NCBI RefSeq assembly: GCF_902713615.1
Contig: NC_052153.1
Span: 8,319,569-8,383,568, forward strand
Reading direction: 5' to 3'
Length of the DNA stretch: 64,000 nt
Source of the DNA: Scyliorhinus canicula
Taxonomy: Eukaryota
Numbering within the stretch: the stretch's first letter is position 1; every line of letters begins with the position of its first letter. Shown here piece by piece: positions 1-12,053 of this stretch. The notes under the pieces are model-generated. The model was not told where the DNA came from. It made no database searches and saw only the letters and a program-made list of their open reading frames with translations. Made by a program: the position numbers and the translations under genes.

Positions 1-225
1 AAGTTAACATTTATTACACACCGCTACCCATTTCAGTTGCAAATAAACTTTGACAAACTGCCGCAGTAACTTTCTATGCCTGTGTAATTCACCAGCCTGT
101 CATCGCCAGCACAACTTCGTTCAGCTTATTCCCTCCGCAATAAGTATCGGTTTCGATTTCTTCCCTAATGAAATGCTGATGTCACGAGCCTGTCTCTGAA
201 ACCTGACAACATTTGCCACCTCCCA

Positions 226-495
226 ACACCGTGGTTAGCACTGTTGCCTCACAGCACCAGGGTCCCGGGTTCGATTCCCGGCTTGGGTCACTGGCTGTGC
301 CGCGTCTGCACGTTCTCCTCGTGTCCGCGTGGGTTTCCTCCGACAAGTCCCGAAAGACGTTAGGTGAACTGGACATTCTGAATTCTCCCTCAGTGTACCC
401 AAACAGGCGCTGGAATGTGGTGACTAGGGGCTTTTCACAGTAACTTCATTGTAGTGCTAATGTGAGCCTACCTGTGACACTAATAAAGATGATTA
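226..495 (+). mobile_element. V-SINE with alternative tail (type C)
   Basis: Same head and core, then ...aacaggcgctggaatgtggtgactaggggcttttcacagtaacttcattg...aataaagatgatta. Other copies at ~26088-26370(-), 42140-42432(-) and 49485-49942(+). Confidence 0.8.
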
Positions 496-920
496 TAACT
501 CTGCTCTTGAGCTCAATGACATTGCAAAGCGAAGTCTGCCCGCTGACCCACCAACTCAGTGCATGCTCTGTCTAATTCCTTCCCTGTCCCCCGCTTTTGA
601 TGCTCAAATCTTGATCCTTGCCATTCGCTCATCATCCTGTGTCCACTGACCAACACTGATTCCCTGTCCGGCCTCAGCCTCCATGTTTAAAAAACACTCA
701 CCCACATTTTCAAATCTTTCCTTGGCCCCGCCACTCCCTTCCTCGCTGTAGTCCCACAATCCTCTGATATCTACACCTCTAATTCTGATCTCTACAGTAT
801 CCTTGATTTTAATGGCTCCACCACTGGTGGCTGTGCCTTCAGCTACCTGGGTTACAAACTCTGGAATTCCCTCCTTAAACATCTCCCTCTCTACCTCACT
901 TTCCTCTTTGATCGAGCTTC

Positions 921-1591
921 AGCATCACAGTGAAGCAGTCTGGGAATGGTGTCCTCGCAGTCAGCGTCACAGTGAAGCAGTCTGGGAATGGTGTCCTCGC
1001 AGTCAGCGTCACAGTGAAGCAGTCTGGGAACAGTGTCCTCGTAGTCAGTGTCACAGTGAAGCAGTCTGGGAACAGTGTCCTCGTAGTCAGTGTCACAGTG
1101 AAGCAGTCTGGGAACAGTGTGCTCGCAGTCAGCGTCACAGTGAAGCAGTCTGGGAACGGTGTCCTCGCAGTCAGCGTCACAGTGAAGCAGTCTGGGAACG
1201 GTGTCCTCGCAGTCAGCGTCACAGTGAAGCAGTCTGGGAATGGTGTCCTCACAGTCAGTGTCACAGTGAAGCAGTCTGGGAATGGTGTCCTCGCAGTCAG
1301 TGTCACAGTGAAGCAGTCTGGGAATGGTGTCCTCGCAGTCAGCGTCACAGTGAAGCAGTCTGGGAACGGTGTCCTCGCAGTCAGTGTCACAGTGAAGCAG
1401 TCTGGGAATGGTGTCCTCGCAGTCAGCGTCACAGTGAAGCAGTCTGGGAATGGTGTCCTCGCAGTCAGCGTCACAGTGAAGCAGTCTGGGAATGGTGTCC
1501 TCGCAGTCAGTGTCACAGTGAAGCAGTCTGGGAATTGTGTCCTCACAGTCAGCGTCACAGTGAAGCAGTCTGGGGAGTGTCCTGCAGTCAG
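921..1591. repeat. 42-bp minisatellite, ~16 copies
   Basis: Unit cacagtgaagcagtctgggaatggtgtcctcgcagtcagcgt. Accounts for the three overlapping repetitive ORFs here. Confidence 0.97.
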
Positions 1592-2864
1592 TTCTAATTG
1601 AAAAAATTAACTGAGCAACACTCGGGATGAGTAAACCCCAGAGCCAGCATAATAAAGTGGTGGTAAGTAATTATAATAAGTAATACAAGGATAAGTAGGC
1701 TGAAGTAGAATTAGATAAGGAGACTAAGTTAAGGTAAGAGGAGTGCATTTAAGTTCAAGACGTGGCAGGTGAGATCAGCACAGTTGAATGTGTGACCGGT
1801 CAGATGTGGAAAGGAATGGACTTTACTGGCATCCTAGATGACCACATGTGCAGAAAATGCTCCCAACTGTAGAAACTTCTACTCCGGGTTTCAGAGCTCG
1901 AGTGGCAGCTGGAAACACCGTGGCGCATCCACTAGGCTGAGAATTAGGTGGACAGCACATTTAGCGAGGTGGTCACACTGCAGCTCATGGCACTGGTGAA
2001 AAGGAGAGTGACCATCAGGCAGTCTAAGAGAAAGCAGTAGGTCGTGCAGGAGTCCCCTGGGGTCCTGTTCTCAAGTCCATTTTGGAAGCTGATGAGGGCA
2101 CTGGTTTGTCAAGGGAATGTAGTCAGAGCCAAGCTTCTGGCTTCACAAGCGGCCTGACTACAGGAGGGGAGGAAGGAAGAGCAATAGCGATAGAGGATTT
2201 ATTCGTTAAGGGAACAGACAGGCGTTTCTGCAGCCGCAGACGTGACTCCAGGATGGGGCCAGGGTCAGGGATGTCTCTGAACGGTTGCAGGGCATTCTAA
2301 AGGGGGAGGGTGATAAGTCAGAGGTCGTGGTACATGTTGGTACCAACGATATGGGTAGAATGAAGGATGAGACCCTGCCTCAATAATTAAGGGAGCGAGG
2401 CAGCAGATTAAAAATAGGACTTCAAAGGTTGTAATCTCTGGATTACTCCTGCTGCCACGTGCTGGCAAGTACAGAAATGAGAGAATAAGGCAGATGATTG
2501 TGTAGCTCAAGAGTTGGTGCAGGAGGGAGAGTTTTAGATTCTTGGATCACTGGGATTGTTTCTAGGGAAGGTGGGACATGTAGAAACGGGACGGTCTGCA
2601 CCTGAACCGGAGATGGACCAACATCCTTGTGGGTGGGTTTGCTGGTGCTGTTGGGAGGAGTTTAAACTAGTTTAGCAGGGAGAGGGGACAGAGCATTAGT
2701 ACAATAGGGACACAGCATACTATAGTCAAGGGAACCAAGACAGAGGGAGTTTAGCCATGTTGAGTTACAAGGGAGTAAGGCGAGGCTGGATGGACCCTAC
2801 TTTAGGAGTATTTTGTCTTATCCTTAATGCTAGGAGGAGCAAAGGGTTTAGAGGGGGCGGATTT

Positions 2865-3147
2865 AGAATCATAGAATCCCTACAGTGCAGAAGGAGGCCA
2901 TTCAGCCCATTGATTCTGTACTGACCCTCTGAAAGAGCACCCTAACTAGGCCTAAAGCCCACACTATCCTCATAACCCTAACCTAGGGCCAATTTAGCAT
3001 AGCCAATCCACCTAACCTGCACATCTTTGGACTGTGGGAGGAAACCAGAGCACCCGGAGGAAACCCATGCAGACACGGGGAGAAAGCGCAAACTCCACCC
3101 AGACAGTCACACAATGTCACGATCCTGGCGCTGTGAGGCAGCAGTGT
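2865..3147 (-). mobile_element. HE1-like V-SINE type A, nested in CR1
   Basis: V core and CR1-type tail. Confidence 0.8.
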
Positions 3148-4397
3148 GACCACTGAATACTTAAAGTATTCAGGTGAACCTTTTATGTCAATATGTAGAA
3201 GGTCCGAAAAGGGACGGCGATGTGCTCGATCTAATTCTGGGGAACAAAACCAGACAGGTATTCAAGGTGGCAGTGGGGAGCATTTTAGTGATAGCGACCA
3301 CAACACAGTACAATTTAATTTTGATATGGAAAAGAAAAAAGGTGGTCTTCAAAAAACAGTTTTGGATTGGGGTAAGGCAGATTTTATTAGAATAAGACAA
3401 GATCTGGCCAGAGTAGACTGGGAACAGCTTCTAGTGGGAAAATCTACAGAAGAGCAATGTGGGTGGTGGGGGGGCTTTCAAAAGAGGATAGTACAGGCCC
3501 AACATGTGCCTTTTAGGGTGATATGGAGGAGCAACAAGCCCAGAGAACCTGGGTGCTTGGGAATAATCAGGATTGGATAAGAAGGAAAGGCAGGGACAAA
3601 GGGAGCAAATCAGCAGAGGTCTTAGTGGGGTATAGAAATTGCAAGGGGGGGGGGACCCTAAAGCAATTAGGAGAGTAGAGAGCGGGTATGAAAAAGCACT
3701 GGCAGGTATAATTAGGGAGAATCCCAAGATATTCTATAAGTATATTAAGAGAAAGAGGGTAACCAGGGAATGTGTAGGGCCCATTAGGGACCAAGGGGGG
3801 AAATCAGTGCAGGGAGCCAGAGGATATTAATAGGGTGTTAAACCAGTCTTCACTTGGGAGCAGGAAGCTGTAGGTACAGAATTCGGAGAGACAGACTGTG
3901 AGGTTCTTGAACACTTTGACATGGGAGCGAAGAGGTATTGGAGTATTTGGTGGGATTAAAAGTGGGAAAATCACCGGGTCTGGATGAATTTTATCCCAGG
4001 CTGCTGTGTGAGGCAAGAGAGGAAATTACAGGGGCTATAATACTAATTTTTAATTCCTCCGTGGCCTCAGATGAGGTGCCAGAGGATTGTAGGACGACTA
4101 ATGAGGTTCCAATTTTCAAATGGATGGTAGAGATAAGCCAGGGAATTACAGATCAGTGAGTCTCACATCAGTGGTAGGGAAACAATTGGGAGAAAGTTCT
4201 GAAGGAGAAAATTGATCTCCATTTGGAAAGACAAGGTTTGATCAGGGATAGTAAACATGGCTTTGTCAGAGGGAAGTCATTCATGCATCATGAATTTGAT
4301 TGAATTTTTCAAGGTGATCAGGCATGTAGATGAGGGTAGTGCAGTTGATGGAGTTCATATGGATTTCAAAAAAGACTTTGACTAATTCCCACATGGG

Positions 4398-4596
4398 CGG
4401 GCGGTACGGCGGCGCAGTGGTTAGCACTGCTGCCTCACGGCGTTGAGGGTCCGGGTTCGATCCTGGCCCTCGGTCACTGTCCGTGTGAAGTTTGCACATT
4501 TTCCCCCGTGTCTGCGTGGGTCTCACCCCTCAACCCAAAGATGTGCAGGGTAGGTGAATTGGCCATGTTAAATTGCCCCTTAATTAAAAAAAAAGG
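4398..4596 (+). mobile_element. Short A-tailed V-SINE (type B), nested in CR1
   Basis: tRNA head plus shortened core ending ccccttaattaaaaaaaaa. TSD tccca(c/a)atggg at 4387-4397 and 4597-4607. Other type-B copies at ~5495-5700(-), 13680-13858(+), 24266-24485(+), 33140-33318(+), 35330-35512(-), 36215-36425(-), 37855-38040(-) and 56428-56632(-). Confidence 0.82.
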
Positions 4597-6656
4597 TCCC
4601 AAATGGGAGACTGATATAGAAGGTAAAAGCACATGGGGTCCAGAGTAACTTGGCAAGCTGGATCCAAAACTGGCTTCATGGTCGATGGTAGAAGGCTGCT
4701 TCTGGAGGCCGCTGTTCAGTGGCGCACCACAGCGATCAGTGCTAGGTCCCTTATTTTCAATTAGAGATATAAGTGATAGAGGGAGAATGGGGGGGGGGGG
4801 GGGGGATGTAAATGATAAGTTAATTTGTGGTTGATATGAAGATTAGCAGTGGTTAAGTGAAGAAGATGGTCTTAGATTTCAGGAATATATAGACGGGTTG
4901 GTCAGATGAGCAGATTGTGACAGGCCATTAATAGGCTAGTTAAGAAGGCATATGAAACACTTGCCTTTATCAGTCGTGGCGTAGATCATAAGAGCAGGGA
5001 AGTTATGTTGGAGCTGTACAGGACTTTGGTTAGGCCACAGCTGGAGTGCTGTCCGCAGTTCTGGTTGTCTTACTTTGGAAGGGTGCGATTGCATTAGAAA
5101 GGGTGAAAAAGAGATTCACCAGGATGCTGCCAGCGATGGGCCATTTGAGCTATGAAGAGAGGCTGAATAGGCTCAGGTTGTTTTTCTTCAGAGCATAGAA
5201 GGCTGAAGGGGGACCTGATAGACGCGTACAACATTACTCCGCCTTCTCAACCTTGCCCCTCACCTGAGGTGCGGTGATCCTCAGGTTCACTCACCACCAG
5301 TCAGCTCTCAAGATTTTAACAAGGAAAGACAAACTATTGTCTTTCAAACTAGATTTTCAACCTAGGGGTCATAGTCTAAACATTAGGGCTTAACCATTCA
5401 GGAGAGATGTTAGGAAGAATGTCTTCACCCAAAGGTGGTAAAGGTTTGAAACTCTCTCCCACAAACAGCAGTTGGAGCTAACTCAGTTGTTATTTGTTTT
5501 CATTTTTCCAATTAAGGGACAATTTAGCGTGGCCAATCCACCTACCCTGCGCATCTTTTGGGTTGTTGGGGGTGAGACTCAGGCAGACACAGGGAGAAAG
5601 TGCAAACTCCACACGGACAGTGTCCCAGGGCTGGGACTGAACCCGGGTCCTTGGCGCCGTGAGGCAGCAGCGCTAACCACTGCGTCACGGTGCATCCCGC
5701 AGTTGTTAATTTTAAACCTCAGATAGATAGATTTTTGTTAAGCAAAGATTTTAAGGGATCTGGGCCAAAGGTATGTGTATGAAGTCAGGTCACAGATCAG
5801 CCACCATCTCATTAAATGGTGGGACAGGCACAAGGGACTGAATGGCCTTCACCTGTTCCCATGTTTCTCCCCCTCAAAGGGGATGGCAAAGGGCAGGAAT
5901 TAGGAGGATGGGGGATCTATTTTTAGACGGGAGCTTCCCCAGCTTGAAAGCCTTGGAGGATCAATTTTAATTGGCAGCAGGGCATGGGTTTAGGTATCTG
6001 CAGGTACGAGACTTTTTGAGAAGGCAGGTTCCGGCCTTCCCGCTGCTGCTGCCACGGGGGATACAGGACAGAGTAGTCTCCAGTACCTGGGTGGGAGAGG
6101 GAAAGGTATCGGATATTTACCAGGAGCTTTCGGAGGCGGAGGAAACTCCGGTGGAGGAGCTTAAGGGCAAGAGGGCGGACGAGTTAGGAGGAGAGAGAGA
6201 GGCGGGTCTGTGGGCGGATGCCCTAAGCAGGGTTAATACCTCATCATGTGCCAGGCTTAGCCTGATACAATTCAAGGTAGTCCACCGGGCACACATGATG
6301 GTAGCCCGAATTAGCAAGTTTTTTGGGGTAGAGGACAGGTGTGCGAGGTGCACGAGAAGCCCAGCAAATCATGTCCACATGTTTTGGGCTTGCCTGAAGC
6401 TTAGAGGGTTTTGGCAGCGTTTCGCTGAGGCAATGTCCACGGTGCTAAAAACACGGGTGGTGCCGAGTCTGGAGGTGGCAATCTTTGGAGTGTCGTAAGA
6501 GCCGGGAGTTCAGGGGGCGAAAGAGTCTGACGTCTCGGCCTTTGCTTCCCTGGTAGCCCGGAGACGGATCTTATTAATGTGGAGGGACTCAAAGCCCCCA
6601 GAGTGTAAAGATTTGGGTTAATGACATGGCTGGGTTTCTCAGTCTCGAGAAAATAA

Positions 6657-6860
6657 TAAGAAGTCTCACAACACCAGGTTAAAGTCCAACAGGTTTGTTT
6701 CAAACACGAGCTTTCGGAGCACAGCTCCTTCCTCAGGTGAATGGCAGTGCTCTGAAAGCGAATGATTGAAACAAACCTGTTGGACTTTAACCTGGTGTTG
6801 TAAGGCTTCTTACTGTGCTCACCCCAGTCCAACGCCAGCATCTCCACATCATGGCTACCA
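6657..6860. mobile_element. Penelope-like terminal-repeat fragment inserted as an inverted (fold-back) pair, with a 12-bp TSD
   Basis: TSD tcgagaaaataa at 6645-6656 and 6861-6872 interrupts the L1 reading frame. 6657-6744 is the reverse complement of the unit found at 6745-6860 and at 41110-41236. Confidence 0.75.
6705..6739 (-). ncRNA. Minimal type-I hammerhead ribozyme motif
   Basis: CAC-CTGAGGA-A-GGAGC-TGT-GCTCC-GAAA-GC-TC-GTG: CUGANGA and GAAA cores, 5-bp stem II, palindromic AGCT at stem III, UC cleavage site, CAC/GTG stem I. Confidence 0.65.
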
Positions 6861-7074
6861 TCGAGAAAATAAAGTTTGCCTTAAGAGGGTCAATGGTTGG
6901 GTTCATGGCAGCCGTTCATCGACTTTCTCGGGGAAAATTCAATTGTCAGCAGATGCAGAATTCCGGGGGGGGGGGGGGGGGGGGGGGGGGGCGAGAGAGG
7001 GACGGATTGTTGTTTTATGTTTGGGATGTGAGAAGATTGTGATGGGGGTGGAAATGTTTGTTGTACCATGTTTA

Positions 7075-7312
7075 TATGTGTGCGTGGGTTTCCTCCGGGT
7101 GCTCCGGTTTCCTCCCACAGTCCAAAGATGTGCGGGTTAGGTGGATTGGCCATGCTAAATTGCCCGTAGTGTCCTAACAAGTAAGGTTAAGGTGGGGTTG
7201 TTGGGTTACGGGTATAGGGTGGATACGTGGGTTTGAGTAGGGTGATCATTGCTCGGCATAACATCGAGGGCCGAAGGGCCTGTTCTGTGCTGTACTGTTC
7301 TATGTTCTATGT
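7075..7312 (+). mobile_element. HE1-like V-SINE, 5'-truncated, nested in the L1 3' UTR
   Basis: V core and tail ending in (ttctatg)n. Confidence 0.8.
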
Positions 7313-7364
7313 TGCTGTATTGTTATTATAAAAACTTGCAAATACTTTAATAAAAATGCCTCTA

Positions 7365-7735
7365 CTTAATAGAGGCATACAACTTAATAGAGGCATACAA
7401 AATGATCAGAGGGTTAGATAGGGTGGACAGCGAGAGCCTTCTCCCGCGGATGGAGGTGGCTAGCACGAGGGGACATAGCCTTAAATTGAGGGGTAATAGA
7501 TATAGGACAGAGGTCAGAGGTGGGTTTTTTACGCAAAGAGTGGTGAGACCGTGGAATGCCCTACCTGCAACAGTAGTGAACTCGCCAACATTGAGGGCAT
7601 TTAAAAATTTATTGGATAAGCATATGGATGATAAGGGCATAGTGTAGGTTAGATGGCCTTTAGTTTTTTTTTCCATGTCGGTGCAACATCGAGGGCCGAA
7701 GGGCCTGTACTGCGCTGTATCGTTCTATGTTCTAA
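7365..7735 (+). mobile_element. 5'-truncated CR1 3' end
   Basis: LIEAYKMIRGLDRVD...FFTQRVVRPWNALP, then the tail gagggccgaagggcctgtactgcgctgtatcgttctatgttcta. Confidence 0.85.
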
Positions 7736-8894
7736 TGCAAGATGTTCCTTGGTTTGATGCCCATCGGTTCCTCAGTTCTACTTTGCTGACCCAACTGCCT
7801 GTTCCCCACATCCGAATACCTCCCAGCTCACCTGTTCATTGTTACCCAGCTCATTCGGGGATTTATTCAGGGATCCTGTGCTCCAGGTCCTGCAGCTTTC
7901 TTGGCCTCTGCTTTGGGGCTGATCTGTCAAGAGTTCAAATGGACCTGCTGAGGAATGAGAGCAAGAGCTCGACCTGTTTCTGATTGGGGGTGGACAGCAC
8001 TATGTACAAGAGGCAGGTACTGTATAAAACAAATGAGGGCCAGAGCGGCCTAACATGGGCTCATTGAATCCTGCAGTACAGAAGGAGACCATTCGGGCCA
8101 TCATGTCTGTGCTGGCTCTTAGAAAGAACTATTCAGTTCACCTCGCTCCTTCTGCTCTACGATAACCATGCCTCTTTCTCCCTTTCTTCTTACTCATTTC
8201 TCTGCTGAATGGTAATATTTGCTTCCACTGACCTTTTAGGCAATGCATTCTAGATCAACAACCACGACTTCTATTCATGTAGTACATTTATGATTACAAA
8301 TTGTAATAAAAAGGGCTGTGGGGCTGGAGGAGATGACAGAGATTTGGACGAGCTAGGCCATGGAGAGATCTTAAAACAAGGATGAGAATTTTAAAATCAA
8401 GGCATTGCTTGACCTAGAGCCAGTGTGGGTCAATGGACACAGAGGGTGAAATGTGACGGATTTTATACTGTTTAATAGGGGGTGGAGTAGGTGGGGCAAA
8501 GTAGAAGGTCAGGGGTAGGTGGGAGCAGGGGAAATTGAGCAAATATGTTTTAGGAACAAGATGGTACTTTTAAGGACCGACAGTGGTGCTGATAGGGACG
8601 AGTTTTGGTAAATATCTTGTCAAACACCAGGGGGCAAATGAAAAGCAATGAAGATTAACATGGCAAAATAGACAAATGGAAATCCTGTCAGAGAGAAGTA
8701 CTTCTTCAAGGTAGGCTTTCCTGGGTGGGAAGAGAAGTGGCAGTGAATTAAACATGCAAACAAAAGCACAATACTGCGGGTGCTGGAGTCTCGTTCAACC
8801 TCAGGTAGTTGCCCAGGAGAGGAACGGAGTCAGCAGCCAGGGATCAGAATTGTGCAGCAGATTGAAGACAACGGCTTCAGTCTTCTCATACGTT

Positions 8895-9200
8895 TATCAT
8901 AGAATTTACAGTGCAGAAGGTGGTTATTTGGCCCATCGAGTCTACGCCGGCCCTTGAAAGAGCACCCGACTTAAGCCCACGCCTCCACCCTATCCCCGTA
9001 ACCCCATCTAACCTTTGGACACTAAGGGTCAATTTAGTTTAGCCAGTCCACCTACCCTGCATTTCTTTGGGTTGTGGGGGTGAAACTCACACAGACGCGG
9101 GAAGAATGTACAAACTCCACACAGACAGTGACCCGAGGCCGGTACTGAACCCGGGTCCCTGGAGGGCTGTGAGGCAGCAGTGCTAAACCACTGTGCCGCT
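8895..9200 (-). mobile_element. HE1-like V-SINE
   Basis: Head, core and CR1-type tail. Confidence 0.8.
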
Positions 9201-11079
9201 CATAAGTTTAGGTGGAGAAAAGTTCCTGCATCAGTCAAACAAGCTGCATGTTAATTTAGAACAAATGGAGGAGACAGAGGTAGGAGTCGGTTGCTGTCAG
9301 CGTACACATGAAGAGCGAATGGTGCCAAAAGGCAACGTGTAAACGCAAAATAGGAGTTTGTGTCGTCATATACAGTTTCTTACGTAAAGTGATTATTGCA
9401 TAATGACCCAAGCTGTTCTAATTTGTACTATTGCTACCTGAGTGTATTTCCAAATCATTCTGCATCTCTGAATGCTCAGCATCAGTCATGAAAAACCTCT
9501 GCAATACTCTATTTGTTGCCCGCTGTTATGCAATCAATGTAAATAGGTTATTAGTCACAATGTGTATATAGGGACAACTTCAGCATTTGTTACTGATCTG
9601 CAATAAAACTGGAAATAATTTCCCTTCTCCCACTTGATTAAATATCTCCATTTAATCTTGAAATATTTTGGGTAAATTTTCAGGCTTCATACACTTTTCA
9701 CCTCGTGTTCTGGGACTCAGGAGAAACCTTTTATACTCTGCCCCATCAAGATGTTTAATCCCAGATTCTATCACACCATGATTTATTTTCTGTTTCCCAC
9801 AGGTTACCCGTGGGGATTTGAATTCATAGAAACACAGATGTTTTCAGCCCAAAAGGAGGTCATTTGGCCCATCACTTCCACGCTGAAAACCAATGCAAAA
9901 GTCACCCATTGCTCTTTACTGGAATCTTCCGCTGCTTCAAATATTTATCCAGCTTCCCCTCAGAGAAGTCAATGGATCTACTCCAACCTGTGGCAAAGCA
10001 TTGACGTCTCATCAGAAATAGGAACAGAGATAGGCCGTAAGATCCCTCAAGTCTGCCATTCAATAAGACCATGGCTGATCCTTGACCTCATTAACACTTT
10101 CCAACCTTCATCCCTACATCCTAATTTCCTTGGAGTTCAATAATCTACCTACCTATCTATCTCAGCCTTGAATATAATTGAACACATGATATTTAATCTT
10201 CCTCCATTCCATAGCTGAATCAAAATTTAAAGTGGTCATATGCATTATGTGCAGGTAAACCCTCGATTAGTGTTTCTAACCACGGAAGTTATTTTTGAAA
10301 TCGTCATTTGGTGGTGCAAAACTTGAATATTGCTGAAAAAAAGAGATATGCTGTTGATGCTTTTTGTGTTGCACTCATCAGGGTAGAATTGCAAGAATAC
10401 CAAATTTCAAAGGGAACAACAAATTTTGAACACCTGAGAAAAGAAGGCTGCCGATTGGTTGGGAAGTGACGTCTTGATTGATTGATTGATCTGGTTGCAA
10501 AGTGAACAAAGTGGTTGCAGACTCTGTCCTAATGAGGGAAAGTTGAAGAGCTTCCATTGCATGTCTCTTTTTCCCTGCAATGCTCAGGGATTTTTTTCTT
10601 TATAGGAATGTGGGTGCCCGCATTTGTTGTTCATCCCTAATTGCCTTTGCGGTGATCTGATTGAAGGGCATAACTGACTCAAGGGTTGAATGGTCCCTTG
10701 CTCCTCTATTTCTCTTCCAAACTTCACCCAATAATTGGGAATTTTGACTCCTTGAACAAGCTCCAAAATATCTTTCCATTGTTTGCGTATGGTTGTTCAG
10801 CCAATTGTAGTCTTTGATTAAATGGCAGAACAGGATTGGGGGGGGGGGGGGGGCTTCCTGGACTATTAAAATCAACTATACATTGAAAGAAAAAACACAC
10901 ACGATATCCTAAGGCATCTACAGCCCAACTATTATTGTTATTGCTAAGACATGATATGGCAGCAGACAACGCAGTTAGTCACATTGCAGTGAAGAGAAGT
11001 CTTGATGGCTGAGCTGAATCTAGTTGGCACACATATGAAAAGCTTGTTCATGGGTGCCATGGAAAGGTTCTAAAGGCAA

Positions 11080-12053
11080 TTTAGTGTGCAAAAGATCCGC
11101 AGGGGACTTTATTAGTGGCTGGGGGCGCTGTGGGCAGAGGGGTTGACCAGGGCGCTGCTCCGGGGCGCGCCAGCCAGTCAAAGGTGGGGGGGGTATTATT
11201 TTACGGGCCGGGTCCGTGAGCTGCCAGCTCCATGTAGCAAGGTGCGGCCGCTGCAGGCTGCCACCGTGTGCATGCACAGACACGGACCCGGCAATTCTCC
11301 TGGCCGTATCGGCAGCTAGAGCCGGGTGCTCTACGCTGCTGGCATGCTAGCCCCATCAAAACGGGGAATCAGTGGCCGATTTGCGCCATTTTTTCTGGCG
11401 TAAAAGTGGCACTCGCAATGGCGAGTAAAAAAAATGGCTATTCAACGCTACTCGTGTTCAATAAGGGGCCTGAATGGAGAACACACAGCCGAGGCCACAC
11501 ATAGCCCTGTTTTTTACAACAGGGAGCTCTGCTCGCTGGAACTCCCCATTGTAGCCCGAGATCGGGACGCCATTTCCAAGGCCCACAAATAAAATCACAT
11601 CCCCCAGCCCGAACGCAACATGGGAGGGTCCCCCAGCCCACTCCAACACCCACGGTAGGCAACCCAATCACGCATGCGCAGAAAATGCCGGCTCAGCAGT
11701 ACCCCTGCCAGTGCCACCAGGGATGGCAGCCAGGTTGGAGGCCCCCTTGAGTACTGGCCCGTCTGCTCCCCGTTTGTGGGGACCAGTACCAAACGGCGCT
11801 CACCCAAGTTCTCCGAAGCGAAGGGATTGAATTCCAAATCCTCGGGAATCTGCACATCAGAATAAGGCTTACTGCCTCGCGCTAATATGCAGATTTGCCA
11901 AAGAGTGATCCCGCCCACTGTGGGCAGGATTCTCCTTACAACGTCTCGCGAGATTGCGTTGAATCTCGAGAGGCGTTGCGAGCTGGGGAGTCCCAGCATT
12001 CACCAGCCATGCTACACCACTTCTGGCACAGCATGGCCGCAAGACCGCGCCCA
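11080..12053. mobile_element. CpG-rich non-coding segment, probably non-autonomous DNA-transposon (MITE-like) remnants
   Basis: Abrupt GC/CpG-rich block with no coherent ORF or splice structure. Contains an internal near-palindrome (aacgtctcgcgagattgcgttgaatctcgagaggcgtt). Matching TIRs were not established. Confidence 0.35.

Larger units (their letters stand above)
1592..5865 (+). mobile_element. Degenerate, near full-length CR1-clade LINE (ORF1 with Zn-finger and SGNH esterase remnants; ORF2 remnants), interrupted by SINEs
   Basis: ORF1 remnants: DHMCRKC, VKGTDRRFC, VVVHVGTND, KVVISGLL, DGLHLN. ORF2 remnants: LDLILGN, SDH, KSPGLDEFYPR, HGFVRG, MDF.K.FD, VRPQLE. Many stops and frameshifts. 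CR1-type 3' tail near 5820-5860. Confidence 0.85.
5880..7357 (+). mobile_element. 5'-truncated L1-clade LINE (ORF2 C-terminus and 3' UTR) carrying two nested insertions
   Basis: FRYLQVRDF, LSLIQFKVVHR and the CCHC motif DRCARC...HVHMFWAC. Followed by a G-tract 3' UTR and AATAAA near 7349. Confidence 0.88.

Noticed and set aside
803-1601. Three 220-264 aa ORFs with 14-aa repeats
   Set aside because: They arise because a 42-bp unit lacks stops in those frames. No splice or promoter context. Not a CRISPR array either, as there are no unique spacers.
11080-12053. Second CpG-island promoter
   Set aside because: No adjacent exon, and the sharp boundaries and internal palindromes fit a young repeat better.
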